Positions 59,066 to 64,000 of a stretch of 64,000 nt of DNA are shown piece by piece. The stretch is from the NCBI GenBank assembly GCA_963829055.1, contig CAWHHI010000005.1, positions 128,001-192,000 on the forward strand. Direction: 5' to 3'. Numbering within the stretch: the first letter of the stretch is position 1; each line of letters begins with the position of its first letter. The notes under the pieces were generated by a model. That model was not told the origin of the DNA and did no database searches. It saw only the letters and a program-made list of their open reading frames with translations. Made by a program: the position numbers and the translations under genes. The stretch comes from an uncultured Gemmatimonadaceae bacterium (GTDB lineage: Bacteria; Gemmatimonadota; Gemmatimonadetes; Gemmatimonadales; Gemmatimonadaceae).

Positions 59066-60052
59066 ATGGTCATCCCGCGCCGCCGAGGCGCCGCCCGACG
59101 ATGGCTCGACGCCCTCGGCGCTCCCATGCTGTTCCTCGCGCTCACCGCGTGCGCGACGCTGCGGTCGAATCGGCCGCTGACCAATGCGGCCATGGGCAGA
59201 ACGACGCGCCACACGCTCGTCGTCGGCAGCCGCACGCGGAGCTTCTACCTGCGGCTGCCACCGGCGTTCTCCGCGTCACAGCGCTACCCGCTGCTCGTGC
59301 TCCTGCACGGACACAACAGCAACGGCGCGAACGTCCTGCGACAGTCGCGACTGGAGCCAGCGGCGGACAAGCACGACGTCATCGTCGTCGCGCCTAACGG
59401 GACCGGGCGCTTCTCTCGCTTCGGCCTCACGTGGAACGCCGGCACGTGCTGCGGCTCCGCGCAGTCGCAGCACGTGGATGATGTCGCCTTTCTCGAGACG
59501 CTCATCGACACACTCGCCGCCGAGTTACCGGTGGACCGTGCGCGCGTCACGATCGCGGGCTTCTCCGCCGGCGGCATGCTCGCGCTCCGCGCCGCGTGCG
59601 ATCACAGCGCGATCGCGTACGCGTTCGTGAACGTGCAGGGGACGATGCCCGATACGACGTGCGCGCCGTCGCGCCCGGTGTCCATGCTGCTCATCGCCGG
59701 CGATGAGGACGAGGACATGCGCGAGGAGCACGCGGAGAACAAGCGGCACAACGGTCACGCGTTCGCCATCTCGGCCTCGGGGACCCTCCGGTTCTGGGCG
59801 CGTCACAACGGCTGCGACCCGGAAATGCCATCTCACGAAGGCCACGAGTACACGGAGTACCCGGCCACCGGCTGCGCGTCAGGCACGGTGACGCGGCTCA
59901 TCGTCGTGCACGGACATCCGCACGCGTGGCCCGGCGGTCGTCGCAGTTGGTGGCTGGCGCCGTCGCCGAACCCGGACGTGAGCGCCGATCAACTCATCTT
60001 CGAGTTTCTCGCTGCGTCGTCGCCGCATGACAGGGCGCCGATCGCGCGGTAG
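59066..60052 (+). CDS. PHB-depolymerase / LpqC-like esterase (possible lipoprotein)
   Basis: PLLVLLHG, WNAGTCCG, VDDVAF, AGFSAGG nucleophile, HAWPGG; LTAC lipobox-like sequence. Confidence 0.82.
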   Translation: MVIPRRRGAARRWLDALGAPMLFLALTACATLRSNRPLTNAAMGRTTRHTLVVGSRTRSFYLRLPPAFSASQRYPLLVLLHGHNSNGANVLRQSRLEPAADKHDVIVVAPNGTGRFSRFGLTWNAGTCCGSAQSQHVDDVAFLETLIDTLAAELPVDRARVTIAGFSAGGMLALRAACDHSAIAYAFVNVQGTMPDTTCAPSRPVSMLLIAGDEDEDMREEHAENKRHNGHAFAISASGTLRFWARHNGCDPEMPSHEGHEYTEYPATGCASGTVTRLIVVHGHPHAWPGGRRSWWLAPSPNPDVSADQLIFEFLAASSPHDRAPIAR

Positions 60053-60068
60053 CGGTCGTCACTCGAGC

Positions 60069-60146
60069 GCAGCCATCTGTCTCGTATTCGGAGTCAATCC
60101 GCTAGATCAGACGAATCCGTTCGCGTTTTTCGTCTGAGATGGCTGC
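60069..60146. repeat. Family B right-arm copy
   Basis: tgtctcgtattcggagtcaatccgc...atccgttcgcgt..cgtctgagatg matches 39529-39592. Confidence 0.85.
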
Positions 60147-60605
60147 CGCGTCCGGCCAGGCTATCCGAGCATCGGACGCATTCGACCAAGTAGGGACCCA
60201 CTGCCGTGAGTCCTCACGGCCACGTCGCAAGGCCTCCGCGCCTGACGCCGCTCGACCCGGAAGACGACGCCCAGCCTACAGTCCCCGGCCTAACGAGATG
60301 CGGATCTGACGCGACTCGACGGGATGGAAGTGAACGTCATCCGCGCCGCCCGTTAGGCCTCGGCGCACGCGCCCCTGTCTCTCGTCGGGCTCCAGGCTGG
60401 TCTCATGGTCCGACGTCTGTCTCATGATTGCTTGCCCAACTGTCCAACATGGCCTTACCTTCGTTCGCCGCCGAATGTTTACCACCGCCGGTCGTACGGC
60501 GTCGAGTCCATGAAGGTAGCTGCTCGAATACCGTCGATCAGTGAGATCGCGGGCCCCGCTGTTACCGCCGCTCGGCCACGGATCAAGGATCGGAAGGAGC
60601 CCGGA

Positions 60606-62141
60606 ATGAAGAAGGGACATGGCGCGGACGGCGATTCGACCGCGTTGTCGGATCCCGACAACCTGTACCGGCTGCTGGTCGAGAGCGCGCGCGATTACGC
60701 GATCTTCGCGCTCGACACCGCGGGTCGTGTATTGAGCTGGAACACCGGCGCCCAGCACCTCAAGGGCTACACGCGAGACGAGATCGTCGGGCGTCATTTC
60801 TCCGCCTTCTATCCGCCCGAAGACATTGCCGCGGGCAAACCGGACCGCGAGCTGACGGACGCGCAGCGCGACGGCAGTGTCGAGGACGAGGGCTGGCGCG
60901 TTCGCAAGGACGGGTCGCGGTTCTGGGCGAACGTCACGATCACGGCCCTTCGTGACGCATCGGGCGCCCTGATTGGCTATGCCAAGGTCACGCGCGATCT
61001 CACCGAGCGTCGTCGAGTCGAGTCCGAGCTGCGCGAGAGCGAAGAGCGCTACCGCGTCCTCGTTCAGGGCGTTCAGGACTACGCGATCTTCATGTTGGAC
61101 CCGGACGGACGCATTGCGAGCTGGAACGACGGCGCCCGGCGAATCAAGGGCTACGAACCCGAGGAAATAATCGGCCGCCACTTCAGCACCTTCTACCCGG
61201 CTGCGGACATTGCATCCGGCAAGCCTCCGTGGGAGCTCGAAGCCGCGGCCCGTGACGGGAAGTACGAGGAAGAGGGGTGGCGGATCCGGAAGGACGGCAC
61301 CTCGTTCTGGGCGAACGTGCTCATTACGGCCATGCGAGGGCGCGACGGAAGGCTGATCGGCTTCACCAAGGTGACACGCGACCTCACCGAGCGGAAAGCT
61401 GCTCAGGAGCGCGCGATCGCCGACGCGCGGCGCATCGCCGAAGCCGAGGCGGCGAGCCGCACGAAGAGCGAGTTCCTCACGTCGATGTCCCACGAGTTGC
61501 GCACGCCGATCAACGCCACGCTGGGTTATGCCGAGCTGCTCGTGATGGGCATCGGCGGCCCGACCACGGCGCAACAGCGCGAATACCTCGAGCGGATCCG
61601 CGGCAGCCAGGAGCATCTGCTTCGCGTCATCAACGACCTGCTCAACTACGGCCGGATCGAAGCAAGTCGGATGCAGTACGACATCACGACCATCCCGCTC
61701 CACAGCATCATAGAGACGGTGTTGCCGATGGTCGCCCCGCAGGCTCGGGCAAAAGCACTCCAGGTGACCCACGCAGCGTGCCCCGCGACGTTGACCGTGC
61801 GCGCCGACCGCGTGAAGGTGGAGCAGGTCGTCCTGAACCTGGTCTCGAACGCCGTCAAGTTCACGACGCGCGGCGGACACGTGACCGTCTCGTGCGCCGA
61901 GCGTGACGATCAGGCTGTGATCGCGGTGACCGACACCGGGCCGGGGATCCCCGCTGAGAAACACGCCGCGATCTTCGAGCCGTTCGTGCAGCTGGGCCGG
62001 ACCCTGACGAGCGGACACGAAGGCACCGGCCTCGGGCTCGCGATCAGTCGCGACCTCGCGCGTGCCATGGGTGGGGACGTCACCGTCGTCAGCACGCTCG
62101 GCCGCGGGTCGACGTTCACCCTCGCGCTCCCGCGCGCCTAA
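60606..62141 (+). CDS. PAS-PAS sensor histidine kinase
   Basis: Two PAS/PAC repeats (DYAIF.LD..G....WN.GA; RKDG..FWANV), MSHELRTP, N box, DTGPG, GTGLGL. Confidence 0.93.
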   Translation: MKKGHGADGDSTALSDPDNLYRLLVESARDYAIFALDTAGRVLSWNTGAQHLKGYTRDEIVGRHFSAFYPPEDIAAGKPDRELTDAQRDGSVEDEGWRVRKDGSRFWANVTITALRDASGALIGYAKVTRDLTERRRVESELRESEERYRVLVQGVQDYAIFMLDPDGRIASWNDGARRIKGYEPEEIIGRHFSTFYPAADIASGKPPWELEAAARDGKYEEEGWRIRKDGTSFWANVLITAMRGRDGRLIGFTKVTRDLTERKAAQERAIADARRIAEAEAASRTKSEFLTSMSHELRTPINATLGYAELLVMGIGGPTTAQQREYLERIRGSQEHLLRVINDLLNYGRIEASRMQYDITTIPLHSIIETVLPMVAPQARAKALQVTHAACPATLTVRADRVKVEQVVLNLVSNAVKFTTRGGHVTVSCAERDDQAVIAVTDTGPGIPAEKHAAIFEPFVQLGRTLTSGHEGTGLGLAISRDLARAMGGDVTVVSTLGRGSTFTLALPRA

Positions 62142-62159
62142 CGCCGACGGCCCGGCGGC

Positions 62160-64000
62160 CTAACGCGGTGCCGACGACGCCGGCTGCGTGGAGCGCGGCA
62201 GGATGAGCGTGAACGTGGACCCCTCGCCCGGCACGCTGTCCACGACCAGGTCGCCGCCCATCCCGCGAGCCAGGTCGCGACTGATCGCCAGCCCGAGCCC
62301 AACACCGTCGTGCGGCCGATTCAACGTGCGATCGACCTGCACGAATGGGTCGAACACCGTCCGTGCGCGGTCTTCCGGAATGCCGACGCCCGTGTCGTGA
62401 ACGTGAACCCGCGCCTCGGTATCCGTGGCGCTGCAACTCACCGTGATGCTCCCGCGCTCGGGCGTGAACTTGATCGCGTTCGAGAGCAGGTTGAGCACGA
62501 CCTGCTGGATCTTGTCGTGGTCCGCATGCGCCGTGAGCAACGGGTCACACGCCGCGTAGCAGTACCGCAGCGCCTTCGCCTGCACCTGCGGCGCGATGAC
62601 CGCCTCGAGACCCGACAGCGCCGCGTCGAGCGAGACGTCCTTCCAGTCGTAATGCACCTGCCCCGCGTCGAGCTTGGCGAAGTTCAACACGTCGTTGACG
62701 AGCGTCAGCAACCGCTGCTGGCTGCGGGCCGTTCGCGCCAACGCCTCGGTTTGCGCGGGAGTCACAGGACCGTGAATGCCGAGCGCGATCAGCTGCACGT
62801 AGCCGCCGATCGCGTTGAGCGGTGTGCGCAGCTCGTGGCTCATCACCGCCAGGAAGTCGCTCTTCGCCTTGTTCGCCAGGTCCGCGGACGCCTTCGCCTC
62901 GAGCAACTGCGCGTTGGTCTGCTCCAGCTCCTCCGCCACTGTCTGCGCCTCTTCGACCTGCGCTTCCAGCTCGTCGTGCGTCGCGCCGATCTCCTGACGC
63001 ATGCGGTTGAACGTCTTCGCCAACCGAGCCACTTCATCGCGGCCGCTGTCATTCACCGGACGCGAGTAATCGCCGATCGCGAGCCCCTCGGCCGCCGCCG
63101 ACAGCGCAGCAAGCGGTCGCGTGATCCGCTTGCTGATCGAGCCATGATGCCCCGGCACTCACGATGACAAGGAGCAGGCTGAATAGGCCGAGGCGCATCA
63201 TCGTGGGCGCGTGAGCGTGCCGCGATCACGTCGGTGGGCAGTTCGAGGCTGATGGCCCAGGGTGTCCCCGCGATGGCCGCCTGCGTCACCATGAGATCGC
63301 CGACGCCTGGCCTGGACGCCGTAGATAGCGTATCCGTGGTCGCCTGTCCTTCGGCGCGGCGGCCGGCATCCCGCCCAGCGTCGACCAGAACGACCCGGCG
63401 CGGTTTCTGAAATAGCCCGTCACGTCTTCGCCAATCAGGTCGCGCAGTGCCTGGGACGCCTGGGGACCTCCTGTAACGCGATGCTGCTGTGTGATGTACG
63501 CCGATGCGCTCCCCGTTCTCGTAGATGGGCAGCGCGATCTCGAAGAACACTCGGCCGTGCGATACGTAGAACTCGCTCACACGCGCGGAGTCTGCTCGTG
63601 GCGTGACGTTGTCCGCGGTGCGGCTCGACGCGACCTCGGGCGGTGCCGCTTCAGTCACGGACAGCGAGTCTTTGCCAAGGCGTAGCAGGCGGCGTCCGGC
63701 CGCACTCCAAAGCTCGATTGGCAGCCCGGAATCGGTGGCGGCGGTCAGGCGATCCAGGGCGGTCCGCGCTGCAGCGAGTATCGCGGCGTCCACGGCTGGG
63801 CTCGACGGTTGGCCAGACGTGTTCGAGCGGTTGGAATCCGTCGCGCTCCGGAGGAGCCGCCGTATGGCGGAATCGCTCGCGACCGCATGCTGCAGTACGG
63901 CGCGCTGCTCCGCCCCTCGCGCGACCGAGGTGGCCAGTTGCTGCGTGGCGCGGGCGAGTCGAACCGCCACCGCGTCCCGGGCCGATCGCGTCAACGTGCG
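62160..64000 (-). CDS. Membrane HAMP histidine kinase, 5'-truncated by the window edge (frameshifted)
   Basis: ITRPL..L HAMP, MSHELRTPLN, NLLSNAIKF, DTGVG, GVGLGL; periplasmic part lies in ORF 63053-63994. Confidence 0.88.

Noticed and set aside
60276..63167. Long antisense ORFs (e.g. 60276-62018, 62310-63167; also 20850-22067, 8564-10066)
   Set aside because: Shadow ORFs expected in high-GC DNA opposite real genes; they show no recognisable motifs.

Overview
A GC-rich (roughly 68% by eye) bacterial chromosome segment. Gene content (SusC/SusD pairs, ADOP permease with PadR, VPS10-type hydrolase, tricorn protease) suggests Gemmatimonadota; this is an inference. Many genes are split by single-base indels, densest at about 9.4-16.3 kb and 32-39 kb, which looks like long-read consensus error rather than real decay. 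In order, the window holds: a patatin-like lipase; a TonB-dependent receptor; an ABC-2 cluster; a GalT / inositol-monophosphatase-like / plant-L-arabinokinase-like kinase cluster; an ABC exporter plus DUF1854 gene behind an apparent leader-peptide attenuator; a GntR-associated peptide/D-amino-acid uptake locus (tricorn, CocE/NonD, GNAT, APC permease, two SusC/D pairs, M23, N-acyl-D-amino-acid deacylase); and a coproporphyrin-dependent heme operon (hemA-chdC-hemE-cpfC-hemC-hemD-hemB-hemL) that has no cgoX/hemY but ends in a coupled flavin split-barrel gene. After that come an M50 protease, a VPS10 hydrolase, a serine hydrolase, ADOP/PadR, an esterase and two histidine kinases. The intergenic DNA is full of palindromic REP/MITE-like families. 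The clearest unexplained signal is a non-palindromic word, CCTAAC(G/A), which I hand-counted at 65 or more sites (about 1 per kb), on both strands and in several codon phases. I saw no rRNA, tRNA, CRISPR array or transposase.
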